DNA from: a virus
Virus record (IMG/VR): IMGVR_UViG_3300014911_000001
Span: 111,797-175,796 of that record
Direction: 5' to 3' (one strand)
Length of the DNA: 64,000 nucleotides
The notes beneath the pieces are model-generated. The model saw nothing but the letters and a program-made list of their open reading frames with translations. It ran no database searches and had not been told where the DNA came from. This document shows positions 9,792 through 18,685 of this stretch, piece by piece. The translations under genes were made by a program, and so were the position numbers. Numbering within the stretch: position 1 is the first letter of the stretch; each line of letters begins with the position of its first letter.

Positions 9792-11794
9792 TAGTCCGCC
9801 GTTTTGTAAATACTAACATATATAAGAATCTACAGGAGAAGCAGGGCATAACGGACAATGATGGTACTGTTTCCTATAAGCCGGCTGAGGAAACGACTTT
9901 TGATATACCTTATTTAGAGGATTTTTATACCCCTGCGCTTATTACGCTTTACTTTGATGGCATAAGGATAGCTGAGGCTGTTTTTGTGGAATATGTTTAT
10001 AATGATCAGAAGATACCTGTTTATGGTTATGGGGATCGTTATGTTCGTGCATTTGAGGAGGGGCATCATTTAATAAGCGGGCGCATGGGGTTTTTATTTA
10101 AGGAGACGGCTTATTTATCGAGTGTTATTGATTTGGTATCAGGAAGCCGGCTTATTACCACACCCGGAGGTGAAAGTGCTGTATATGCATTGCTGCAGAG
10201 AGTACTGAGCGATCCTGAGGTTAATGAAAAAGTTGAATATATGAGGCAGATTTTGACATCGGTATTTGGGTTGGAGCCCTTCAAGGTTGGGCAGCTTAAT
10301 GCTAATCAGATGATTAATTTATTAAAGATTTATAAGTCTGTTATTTATATGACTGTGAATCCCCGCTATGGCGCCACAGGTCCTTTGGTGACAGAGGCAA
10401 TGAACAGTAGCGAAGCGCTTAGTTCTCCCTCATCGCCACTGGTATGGAAGATCGGCTCGCCTCATGTTATATCGGCAATGTTAGATATGGAGGATGTCTT
10501 TGGTGAGGTGGCTATTGAAGGATTGTGGGAATCAGTGGAAGATGCATTATGGAGTAAGGAGGTGCCGGGCTTAGACATTGCACCCATCGTAGAGCATGAT
10601 TTAGGTTATACAGGTTATGGGTATGTAATATCTGACAAAACATTTGATGTTTTTATAAGGTATGGTGCTGATGGATCAAGCATTACAGACCATACAGTTG
10701 AGGTTATCAATGATGTCCATCTTGTATCAAGTGGCAAGAGCATCAATGTTGGCTCGCCTGATCTTGTTGTTGAGGTTTTGGAGTTCATAGCGCGCACTAA
10801 CAATCGGCGGCTTAATATCTACCAGCATAAACAGGTATCGGAGACGGATGAGCTTATTCCACCGCAAATGGATAGTGGTATGAGCGAGGGGAAGAAGTAT
10901 TTTAGTTATAAGAAAGAAGAAATGGAGAATGCGAGGGTCGGGGATCAGGAAAAGGAGAAATATAGAAAGCTTTCAGAAGAGGAATTGAAAGAAATGCGGG
11001 CTACCTTGTGCGGTCGTTGTATTGATGAAAGATGTAGTATCAAGGTGGGTAGTTTTGGGTTTAACACGTTGAAAGATAGCTTGTTTGAACATACAGGTAT
11101 AACATTAGATATTAGCTATCGAGGTGAGACTCATTTTGGTCCTTTGGTCATATATGAAAAACCGACATTTACTTTGAGTGTGGAGAAGACAGTTGATAAT
11201 TTGTTGGCTAATATTGCAAAATTATCGCAGGCTGCTACAAGGGGATCATTGGGTGGATTTGTAGTAGAGAAAGGTTTGTTGGAAGTTGTGTGGGGGCAGC
11301 ATCCTAAACTTGAGCAGCAGGGCCCTCATAAAGTAAGGACAGTTGGTTGTCCTTTTGCGTTTGCGGAGGCGGTTGTAGAAAATTTGAAGCCATCATTTTG
11401 TTTACGCTACTTGAATGCTCTTTTAAGGTATAGTGCCCCACCGAGTGCTATTATTGATGATTTGCGTGCTATTTTAGATTATGTTACTTCGCATTCAGGT
11501 ATCGCAAGTTTGAAGTTTCCTATAGCTATTGCTATGGCTGGTCATGGTGATGAGTTTAATAAAAACATTTCGCAATATATGAAAGGGGTTCATGTGCCAC
11601 AATTTGATGTATATGATGGATTAAAGATAAGTGTAAAAAAAGCACTACTACAAATAAATGAAGGGGAAAATACTCCTTATAAATTGGCTGTTTTGCCGTT
11701 GTACATAATTATGATTGATTTAGCTGACCGTGAATCGGTATTGAATTTTAAAAATAAGCTTGACACATGGACATTCCATCATTATTATTACTGA
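9788..11794 (+). CDS. Third tube-fold protein (tube initiator / baseplate-proximal tube-like)
   Basis: ITLYFDGIRI...QKIPVYGYG...GHHLISG, and later FDVFIRYG...INDVHLVSSGKSI...VEVLEFIAR, complete a split tube-like pattern. Confidence 0.6.
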   Translation: MIVRRFVNTNIYKNLQEKQGITDNDGTVSYKPAEETTFDIPYLEDFYTPALITLYFDGIRIAEAVFVEYVYNDQKIPVYGYGDRYVRAFEEGHHLISGRMGFLFKETAYLSSVIDLVSGSRLITTPGGESAVYALLQRVLSDPEVNEKVEYMRQILTSVFGLEPFKVGQLNANQMINLLKIYKSVIYMTVNPRYGATGPLVTEAMNSSEALSSPSSPLVWKIGSPHVISAMLDMEDVFGEVAIEGLWESVEDALWSKEVPGLDIAPIVEHDLGYTGYGYVISDKTFDVFIRYGADGSSITDHTVEVINDVHLVSSGKSINVGSPDLVVEVLEFIARTNNRRLNIYQHKQVSETDELIPPQMDSGMSEGKKYFSYKKEEMENARVGDQEKEKYRKLSEEELKEMRATLCGRCIDERCSIKVGSFGFNTLKDSLFEHTGITLDISYRGETHFGPLVIYEKPTFTLSVEKTVDNLLANIAKLSQAATRGSLGGFVVEKGLLEVVWGQHPKLEQQGPHKVRTVGCPFAFAEAVVENLKPSFCLRYLNALLRYSAPPSAIIDDLRAILDYVTSHSGIASLKFPIAIAMAGHGDEFNKNISQYMKGVHVPQFDVYDGLKISVKKALLQINEGENTPYKLAVLPLYIIMIDLADRESVLNFKNKLDTWTFHHYYY

Positions 11795-11809
11795 TGTTAA
11801 ATCTTAACA
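11760..11809 (+). promoter_or_regulatory. Sigma70-like promoter with a downstream palindrome
   Basis: TTGACA (11760-11765), 17-bp spacer, TATTAT (11783-11788); inverted repeat TGTTAA-atc-TTAACA at 11795-11809. Confidence 0.6.
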
Positions 11810-11821
11810 AAGGGGTGGTAT

Positions 11822-12499
11822 ATGGATCCCAAAGAGTATAAACAGCAGCATGGTGTTGATATTTTTGCGGTTGGTTGTAATGTTCTGAAAAATACTTATA
11901 AGGCATATTTTCCTATTATGTCTGTTGCTGATCTTACGACTGATGTTATGTATAATGACCCTGCGCGGGTTCATCTATTAAATGTTGTCCGTAACCTTGT
12001 TGAAAAGATAAGTTTAGGAACGATGACTGATGATGATTTGGTTGCTGTCATGGGTGGTTGCATTCATCTCGAAAAGAATATGCAACCTATTGATCCGATG
12101 TCTGTAGAGAATGCTATAGCTAAGCTCTTAGCTGAACGGTGGATTACTGCGATGGGCTTCTTTGATACACCGCGGGTTTATGTTGCTGAGGTGGATGGGC
12201 AAACATGCGATGTTGTTGAAACTGTTTATGCAGGTAAGGTTTACAAAATTTATCTAAAGCCTATATCAGGTGACAATGATCCTCGTATTGAGCATGTGTT
12301 GAAGGTCTTGGGTAGAGAGTATACGATTGATCAGACATATGATGTATTTAGAAGCTCGGTTGTGAAGGTTGAAGCCGCGCCCTTTGGGCAGCTATCGTTT
12401 GAGGATGTTGAACTTAATGATAAAGTGCTGTTTGCAAGTGCTGTTATGGCGTGGATTGAGAATACAGGTAGCATTGAATATGATTACGAAATTATATAA
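11822..12499 (+). CDS. Hypothetical protein, probable tail assembly chaperone
   Basis: Synteny only (between tube genes and the tape-measure-like gene); RBS GGGGTGG. Confidence 0.45.
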   Translation: MDPKEYKQQHGVDIFAVGCNVLKNTYKAYFPIMSVADLTTDVMYNDPARVHLLNVVRNLVEKISLGTMTDDDLVAVMGGCIHLEKNMQPIDPMSVENAIAKLLAERWITAMGFFDTPRVYVAEVDGQTCDVVETVYAGKVYKIYLKPISGDNDPRIEHVLKVLGREYTIDQTYDVFRSSVVKVEAAPFGQLSFEDVELNDKVLFASAVMAWIENTGSIEYDYEII

Positions 12500-12876
12500 T
12501 GAATCTTATACGTATTAAGTATGAGGATACCACCTATGAATTTAATTATCCCACCCTATTTGATTACTACTTGTTTATTGATGGTCAAAAAGTTCGGGTA
12601 TTTGATCGCCTCGCATTAAAGGATTATAGTATTCCATCAATTAAGAAGGTGCGCATTATAACCATCCTCTTTCGTCACTTCCCCGCCTTTGCTACAGAGG
12701 ATGAGGTATTTTCCAATATACCGGATGCTGGTGGTTTGATTTATTTAATTCGGGCATTTGGATATAAACCTCACGAATTATTGCAGTTAAATCCTTATGA
12801 GCTTGATTTTGCGGTAAGGTTGGCGGAATATATAAACAATCCAAAACTAGAGAATGACAGTAGTCCGCAGGAATAA
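12499..12876 (+). CDS. Probable second tail assembly chaperone
   Basis: TAATG coupling; C-terminal AFGYKPHELLQLNPYEL resembles the G-x2-P-x-E-x3-L motif of tail chaperones; directly before the tape measure. Confidence 0.5.
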   Translation: MNLIRIKYEDTTYEFNYPTLFDYYLFIDGQKVRVFDRLALKDYSIPSIKKVRIITILFRHFPAFATEDEVFSNIPDAGGLIYLIRAFGYKPHELLQLNPYELDFAVRLAEYINNPKLENDSSPQE

Positions 12877-15800
12877 GCCCTTTCTTTTCCAGAGTGATTT
12901 AGCACGCATACGCACAGATGAGACATTGCGCAGCCGTTATGGGTGGGGTCGTACACTTTTGCGTTTTGGAGTGGCGATGGCTTCCTTTGCTGTTTTGTCT
13001 TATGGTGCGCGTTCCTTATCGCGTGCATGGCGTGCATTGGCCACATCTGGAGCATTATCACGGAAGTTTGTTGAAGGCGTTAAGGTAGTAAAGAAGTTAG
13101 GGCTTGAGCAGGGTAACTTACTTGATGTAATATTATCAGTATCTAGGCGTGCGCGTCGAGTTGCTTATAAATATGTTAAGTGGTCGCAAGATTATAGGGA
13201 TGCGTCGCGGCTTCTGCATTTTGGTAAGGCATTAAGGAAAATATGGAGCGGTGGTAAAGCATCATTAAAGGGTTTTAGGAAGGCGCGTGAGGCTTATCGA
13301 CGGGTTGGATTACGAGGTGCATTGTTTGGTGCCTTTTTGCGTGGTGCAGAAAGAGGTGTTGGATTTGCGATTTTATCTTCGGCTGCTGATGCATTAACAC
13401 ATTCATTTATAACACCTGCGGATAGAGAGAAGACAAGAAAGTATGGTCCTGTTGCTCGTGTGAAGCGTTTTTTCACTGATGCTGTCCTATTTAGTGGATT
13501 ACAAGGACTTTGGGGTGTATCAAAAGTTGCCTTTCCTACCTATATACATAGGTATAGCCCACAAATACAGCGTTTTCTTACCCGCATTGGAGCGCCTACT
13601 TATGTGGCTAAGTTTTATGGATGGAGGCGTCGCTTCTATGATTATCTAATTCGTGCTATAGAATATAAGCAGAAGTTTACTCAGAAATTGCAAGGTGCTA
13701 ATATATGGCAGCACATAAAGCAGCAGATGAAGGAGCATCCCGGGTTAGGTGCTATTGCAACCTATTTGCGGGAGCAGATAAGGGAAGCTCATCTACATGC
13801 TAAGAAATCGTTTAGGAGGCCGGGTGGATTTCCACCAAGGAGTGGTTATGATACGGTTATAACAATGATGAATTATGCGAAAGAGGTTAATGTTAAGGAT
13901 CCTAAGTTTGCAGCGGAGATTGCAGCTCAAGCTGTTGGACGTTATAAAGGTGTGAGTAAGTGGCGGCGGCTTCTTAATATCGAACGTGAAAGGTTGACCA
14001 AGAAGCAGGCTGTTGCTTTCAGGGAGATGCTTGAGAAAATGGGGTTTAGCAAGTCATGGATCGAGACATTAAAGGGGGAGGAACGCAAGTTTTATGAGAA
14101 TCTGTATTACCGTGTGATGAGGGGACCATTGTTCCATGGTCCCGGATGGTTTGAAGTAGCCGGGCAAAAGTTTTCACAGTATGAGACGCGTTATTTTGTA
14201 AAAGGAATTCTCCAGAATCTATATGCTGGTCGATGGAGGGGGGTTACACGCATTTTGGCTTCTGCGGCGGGCTTAGACCTCTATGCCAACCGCAGACCTG
14301 TATTTATCTTCCATCCTACCATGGATATTCCGATGAGCGTTCCTATACCGACTGATGAGGGTGTTCGTATGCTACGCTTGGTAACCGAACGTGGTAATGA
14401 TCGGGTTCGTCATGGGATTGTATTCTTACAGAATAAATTGTACAGATTATCGCCGACAGAGGAGGGTGGTGAATATTTTGTGGATAGGGTTATAGAGAAT
14501 GTTAAATTATATGAGAGCCCGGCTTATAACATATTAAAGAGGGAGTTAACGCAGTATTATATCAAGCAGAGGCGGCGCACGGATGAGATAGGTTTGCGTC
14601 CACCCGGTGAATATGTTAGGGATATAATCAGGAAATTATCGCGGGGTGTTGATAAGGCTAGCTTAGAGGAATTGGTTAATGTATATAAGTCAACCCGTTC
14701 GACGGCCCATATTATCTTTGGTAAATTGTTATCAAAGAAGGAGGTCCGTGAGGTTGCATCGCAGATCTTGGAGCAATTAGGCGCGAGTAGAGCGCAAAGG
14801 ATCTTGCAGATGGATGAGGCATCATTAATCAGGGAACTTGAGAAGGTTATAGAAAAGCCTGCACAGGTAACGGAGCGGCTTCGTAACAAGTTTATCTATC
14901 TTATAAATGCATCACGGAGTAGGATGAGGACTATGAAGGATCTTTTGAATCAGGAGTTTATAGGTTCTGGATATGCAGAAGCACGGGCTAGGCATGTTAT
15001 TGAGTCGTTCTTAATTGAGCAGCATTTGACACCAGAAATAAGGGCGAAATTCTTTAGCAGGCTTGCTGAGGAGCAGTTGATCGGGAAGTGGATAAGGAAG
15101 CCGGCTTATACACATTTCTTCAAAGCATTAGCAGAGCTAGCACCTGTTGAGATGGATGCAGAAGCTCTAAGGTCTACTATAAAGGGCGCGCTTAATGATA
15201 TTGTAGTCGGTTGGAAAAAATTACCTACAGTTGATCCATTTAGGCCGATATCTGCCTTATTCCAGTATGGTGGATTGGGTATCCACAGGTTATTTGAACC
15301 TACCATAGAAGGTATACGGGTAATGGGTACTACAGTACCATTTACTGTTGTTAGAGAAGGTATGAGTCCATTTAAACGGTATACGGTAACAAGTTTATTG
15401 TTTTCCCATCACTTACGGCGCATATGGGGATTTATGGATTATGTAAGCAAAGCTCCTCGCAAGTTTCCTATTATCAGGCATTTATTAAGGCGATTAGACC
15501 CTAGATTGGCTGATACGGCGCATATCTTTCCATTTGAGACTAATACTACTGGTTGGACGGCTTCAGATATGATAAAGAATTTATGGAAGCCGGCGGCTAC
15601 ATTATTGGCATTAGGTGTAGGATATAAGGCTGTTGATACATTCTTTGATGAAAGTGGTTTATTTGAAGGGACTGCATTAGGAGAGGGGTTGACACCTGCT
15701 ATACTGGATGCATATGCATTAGGTCGTCTTTCCTTGGCAAGAGTATTGGATATTGCAGGTGTAACTGATGCAGCGCGGTATTTAGAGGGATTAATGCCGG

Positions 15801-18685
15801 GGTCTACGACATGGTTGCCGGGTGCACTATATGGCGTATGGAAGTTTGCACCTGCGGGGCCGGCGGCTTCCGCTATGGGTGCATTAATAATGGGTGCTGT
15901 TAATAAAATGTTAGCGCCATTTTTGCCTGATTTAACAAAGAGTTATGATCAACTGAAAAGGATATATAGAGGTGAGGAGTATGTGCCTGTAAGGAGAGCA
16001 AGGTATTGGCCTCTATCTTTAACTCCTTGGGAGGGTTATGATATTGAATATTGGCGGCCTTCTCTATGGTTCATTGTAAGACAGCAGGCAAAATACACTC
16101 CTGATATAAGTGGTAGCAAGATACAGTCCTTGTTACAGGGTGACTGGTTGTTTGGTTATAATCCATTGCGTATGTTTGATCCATATGCTAAGGAAAGACA
16201 GCATTATTTCTCTAGGCCGGCGCCTCTCACACAGTTGCCATTTTGGGATGTGCCAGTTATAGGGCCGTTTTTAGCTTTAACTGTTGGGCAGGTATTGAAA
16301 CCACAGCAGATGATGCATACAGCCTTTTTGAAGGAGATGTATCCCGGTGAGTATGGTGTGCCGAAGGGTGAAGTTGTCACACCGGAGGATTTATCTAATC
16401 CTGATCAATATGTATCAGCTATGCAATCCAATCAAGCTGTTGCAATGTTAATGAATAGATATGCGGGGCGGGCTTACAGGCATGTCACAGGAGATATGCT
16501 TAATAGAGGTATAACAGAAACTCTGTATAGATCGATGGAGATGGCGGGCTTAAGAGGTTACCTAACATCGTTATTATTAGGAACACAGACACCGCTTAAT
16601 TTCAGTAGGTATCTAGAAATGTATGGTGAAAACGAAGGGTTTTTATCTGAGTACTGGAACATGGAGCTTAATGATGTAGCTGGTGGATTGTCTGAGATGA
16701 TAAGAAGATTCCGGCCTGACAAGCGGATAAATACAGTTAACCCTATCCCCAACCTTATGGCACAATTTTTACCCGAAGGAGAGTATGGTGGTAGCGATTT
16801 TCTACATGGTGATCCTTATACTAAAATTCCTATGGGTTTCATAAGATTGCCAGGGACTGGATATGAAGCAACACATAATGTAATGCATACATTTCCTGCA
16901 TCGTTAAGAATGTTGGGTAAGACAGTAACAGAGATAAGGGACATTATGGCCGGGTGGGAGGATATTATTGAGGAGAGAACGGAACGGGAGCTAAATCAAT
17001 TTTATGATGCCAAAAAGATTGTGCAGGGATTGCTTGAGATATCAGGACAGAATGTTGAGATGGATGTGCAGATTTACGATCCATATAACAACATTGTTGG
17101 TACCGTTGATGCAGTTGTGAGGAGAGGGCGATTTAGGCAACCTATTATTATACGTCCTGTTAGTGAGGAGGAATTTAGGGAGCTTGTTGCCCCGAAGGAG
17201 GAGCATGCGAGTCAGGTAAATTTTGCTATGAAGTTTTTTGGTGCGAAGACGGGTAAATTGATTTATGTGAATGTAAGATCGCCTGAACAGATTAAGACAT
17301 ATACCATCTTTTTTGATCCATCAAGGTTAAGAGAGGATATAAGTGCATTAAAGAGGGCGAGGGAACAGGCTGGTGAGTTGTTAAGGGCAGGAGCTGTTTT
17401 TGATTATGGTCGTAGTTATAGCTGGTTTGATAGATATAGAATTTTAGCTGATGTTGCTCCTTTATCTGATCAATATAAGCAGGCGCGTGCTATTGTATTG
17501 AAGCAATTGCAACAGGGATTTTTGCCACCTGAGTTATGGGATGAGGTGCATGAGATTGAGCGAAGGCGGCGGCTTCAGCTTTTAAAATATCCTATGTATG
17601 TGCGTCGTTTTACTGGTGAAAATGTTGTTGAAACGGTGCAGAAGCTTTTGCATCCGCCTAGGCTTTCCGGCAGGGAGTTATCGCTATCTTTGAATCCATA
17701 TTTAAGGTCGCCTGATGAATACAGTTTACCAGAAAGGATCGTAGGTAGTATCTGGGAGACATTTACACATTTACCAACACCTTATAATAGGAAATTCTTT
17801 TTCCAGTATTCACCGTCAGAGATTTATAAGTATTTCCATTTATATGATCGGGAGTATAAAGCATGGACGCGGCCTATTGAGGATTGGGTTAAGCCACAGG
17901 TTAGGACGATGCTTGCTTCACAAGGCGTAATGGAGGGCGCGGCTTCATGGGCTACAGCAGGTTATGCTGTTGGTAGGTTATACGGCGGGCTTATAGGTGC
18001 AGTGGCTGGATCCATATATGGGTTGATACCTAAGCCGCCGATGATACCGGAGGATGTGGAGAAGGCGCGCGAGGCTTATTCGTATTATGATAAATTGAAA
18101 TATGCACGTAACATGCAGTTTTATGTTATGACAGGTAATAGAATATATGAGGAGCGTGCTGAGCGGACCTTATTGGGTGCGAAGAACTTACGTGATTATG
18201 TAAGAGCATTACCACGTTTTGAGCGCCCATTTACTGTAGCGTTTATGAACATAACTGATGAGAGTGAAAGAGAAAGGATAAGGCAGATTATATCACCTGA
18301 GGCGCGTCGTGCCTTGGATGCAGCATGGGCGAGACGTGAATTGCGGTATAGTGTTGAAGAAGGTGGTTATGAAGAGGTACCGAGAACACCAGCTAATTGG
18401 GCTGGTTGGATTTTTGCGATACCTGATGAGGATATTTATGTGAAGGAGCTTGAGCAGCGGGGTGTTGATCCTCTAGATTTTGGTTATGGTTATCATGGTC
18501 AGGCAGCTGCTGTACGCCGTCTATCTGAAGATTTTGCTATACCTGATCAAACTGTAGACGTCGTAAATATTATGGATGTACAGGAAACGATAGTAAGGTC
18601 ATTGCAGGCGCAGGGTATTAATGCTTCTGTATCCATCATGGGATTTGATAATAGTAGAAGAGTTGATGTTGTTATTTATAAATAA
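12854..18685 (+). CDS. Tape-measure-like / ejected virion protein with a degenerate PD-(D/E)XK (Cas4/RecB-like) domain
   Basis: 1943 aa, helical, very basic N-half, several Gly/Ala-rich hydrophobic segments, tape-measure position; nuclease-like segment at about 17050-17340. Confidence 0.65.
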   Translation: MTVVRRNKPFLFQSDLARIRTDETLRSRYGWGRTLLRFGVAMASFAVLSYGARSLSRAWRALATSGALSRKFVEGVKVVKKLGLEQGNLLDVILSVSRRARRVAYKYVKWSQDYRDASRLLHFGKALRKIWSGGKASLKGFRKAREAYRRVGLRGALFGAFLRGAERGVGFAILSSAADALTHSFITPADREKTRKYGPVARVKRFFTDAVLFSGLQGLWGVSKVAFPTYIHRYSPQIQRFLTRIGAPTYVAKFYGWRRRFYDYLIRAIEYKQKFTQKLQGANIWQHIKQQMKEHPGLGAIATYLREQIREAHLHAKKSFRRPGGFPPRSGYDTVITMMNYAKEVNVKDPKFAAEIAAQAVGRYKGVSKWRRLLNIERERLTKKQAVAFREMLEKMGFSKSWIETLKGEERKFYENLYYRVMRGPLFHGPGWFEVAGQKFSQYETRYFVKGILQNLYAGRWRGVTRILASAAGLDLYANRRPVFIFHPTMDIPMSVPIPTDEGVRMLRLVTERGNDRVRHGIVFLQNKLYRLSPTEEGGEYFVDRVIENVKLYESPAYNILKRELTQYYIKQRRRTDEIGLRPPGEYVRDIIRKLSRGVDKASLEELVNVYKSTRSTAHIIFGKLLSKKEVREVASQILEQLGASRAQRILQMDEASLIRELEKVIEKPAQVTERLRNKFIYLINASRSRMRTMKDLLNQEFIGSGYAEARARHVIESFLIEQHLTPEIRAKFFSRLAEEQLIGKWIRKPAYTHFFKALAELAPVEMDAEALRSTIKGALNDIVVGWKKLPTVDPFRPISALFQYGGLGIHRLFEPTIEGIRVMGTTVPFTVVREGMSPFKRYTVTSLLFSHHLRRIWGFMDYVSKAPRKFPIIRHLLRRLDPRLADTAHIFPFETNTTGWTASDMIKNLWKPAATLLALGVGYKAVDTFFDESGLFEGTALGEGLTPAILDAYALGRLSLARVLDIAGVTDAARYLEGLMPGSTTWLPGALYGVWKFAPAGPAASAMGALIMGAVNKMLAPFLPDLTKSYDQLKRIYRGEEYVPVRRARYWPLSLTPWEGYDIEYWRPSLWFIVRQQAKYTPDISGSKIQSLLQGDWLFGYNPLRMFDPYAKERQHYFSRPAPLTQLPFWDVPVIGPFLALTVGQVLKPQQMMHTAFLKEMYPGEYGVPKGEVVTPEDLSNPDQYVSAMQSNQAVAMLMNRYAGRAYRHVTGDMLNRGITETLYRSMEMAGLRGYLTSLLLGTQTPLNFSRYLEMYGENEGFLSEYWNMELNDVAGGLSEMIRRFRPDKRINTVNPIPNLMAQFLPEGEYGGSDFLHGDPYTKIPMGFIRLPGTGYEATHNVMHTFPASLRMLGKTVTEIRDIMAGWEDIIEERTERELNQFYDAKKIVQGLLEISGQNVEMDVQIYDPYNNIVGTVDAVVRRGRFRQPIIIRPVSEEEFRELVAPKEEHASQVNFAMKFFGAKTGKLIYVNVRSPEQIKTYTIFFDPSRLREDISALKRAREQAGELLRAGAVFDYGRSYSWFDRYRILADVAPLSDQYKQARAIVLKQLQQGFLPPELWDEVHEIERRRRLQLLKYPMYVRRFTGENVVETVQKLLHPPRLSGRELSLSLNPYLRSPDEYSLPERIVGSIWETFTHLPTPYNRKFFFQYSPSEIYKYFHLYDREYKAWTRPIEDWVKPQVRTMLASQGVMEGAASWATAGYAVGRLYGGLIGAVAGSIYGLIPKPPMIPEDVEKAREAYSYYDKLKYARNMQFYVMTGNRIYEERAERTLLGAKNLRDYVRALPRFERPFTVAFMNITDESERERIRQIISPEARRALDAAWARRELRYSVEEGGYEEVPRTPANWAGWIFAIPDEDIYVKELEQRGVDPLDFGYGYHGQAAAVRRLSEDFAIPDQTVDVVNIMDVQETIVRSLQAQGINASVSIMGFDNSRRVDVVIYK

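Noticed and set aside
12440-12520. Programmed -1 frameshift between the two chaperone-like genes (lambda G/GT style)
   Set aside because: No X XXY YYZ slippery heptamer is visible near the junction; a simple TAATG coupling explains it.
17040-17345. A cas4 gene / CRISPR-Cas system
   Set aside because: Only an embedded degenerate domain without the Fe-S cysteines; no repeat-spacer array or other cas genes were seen.
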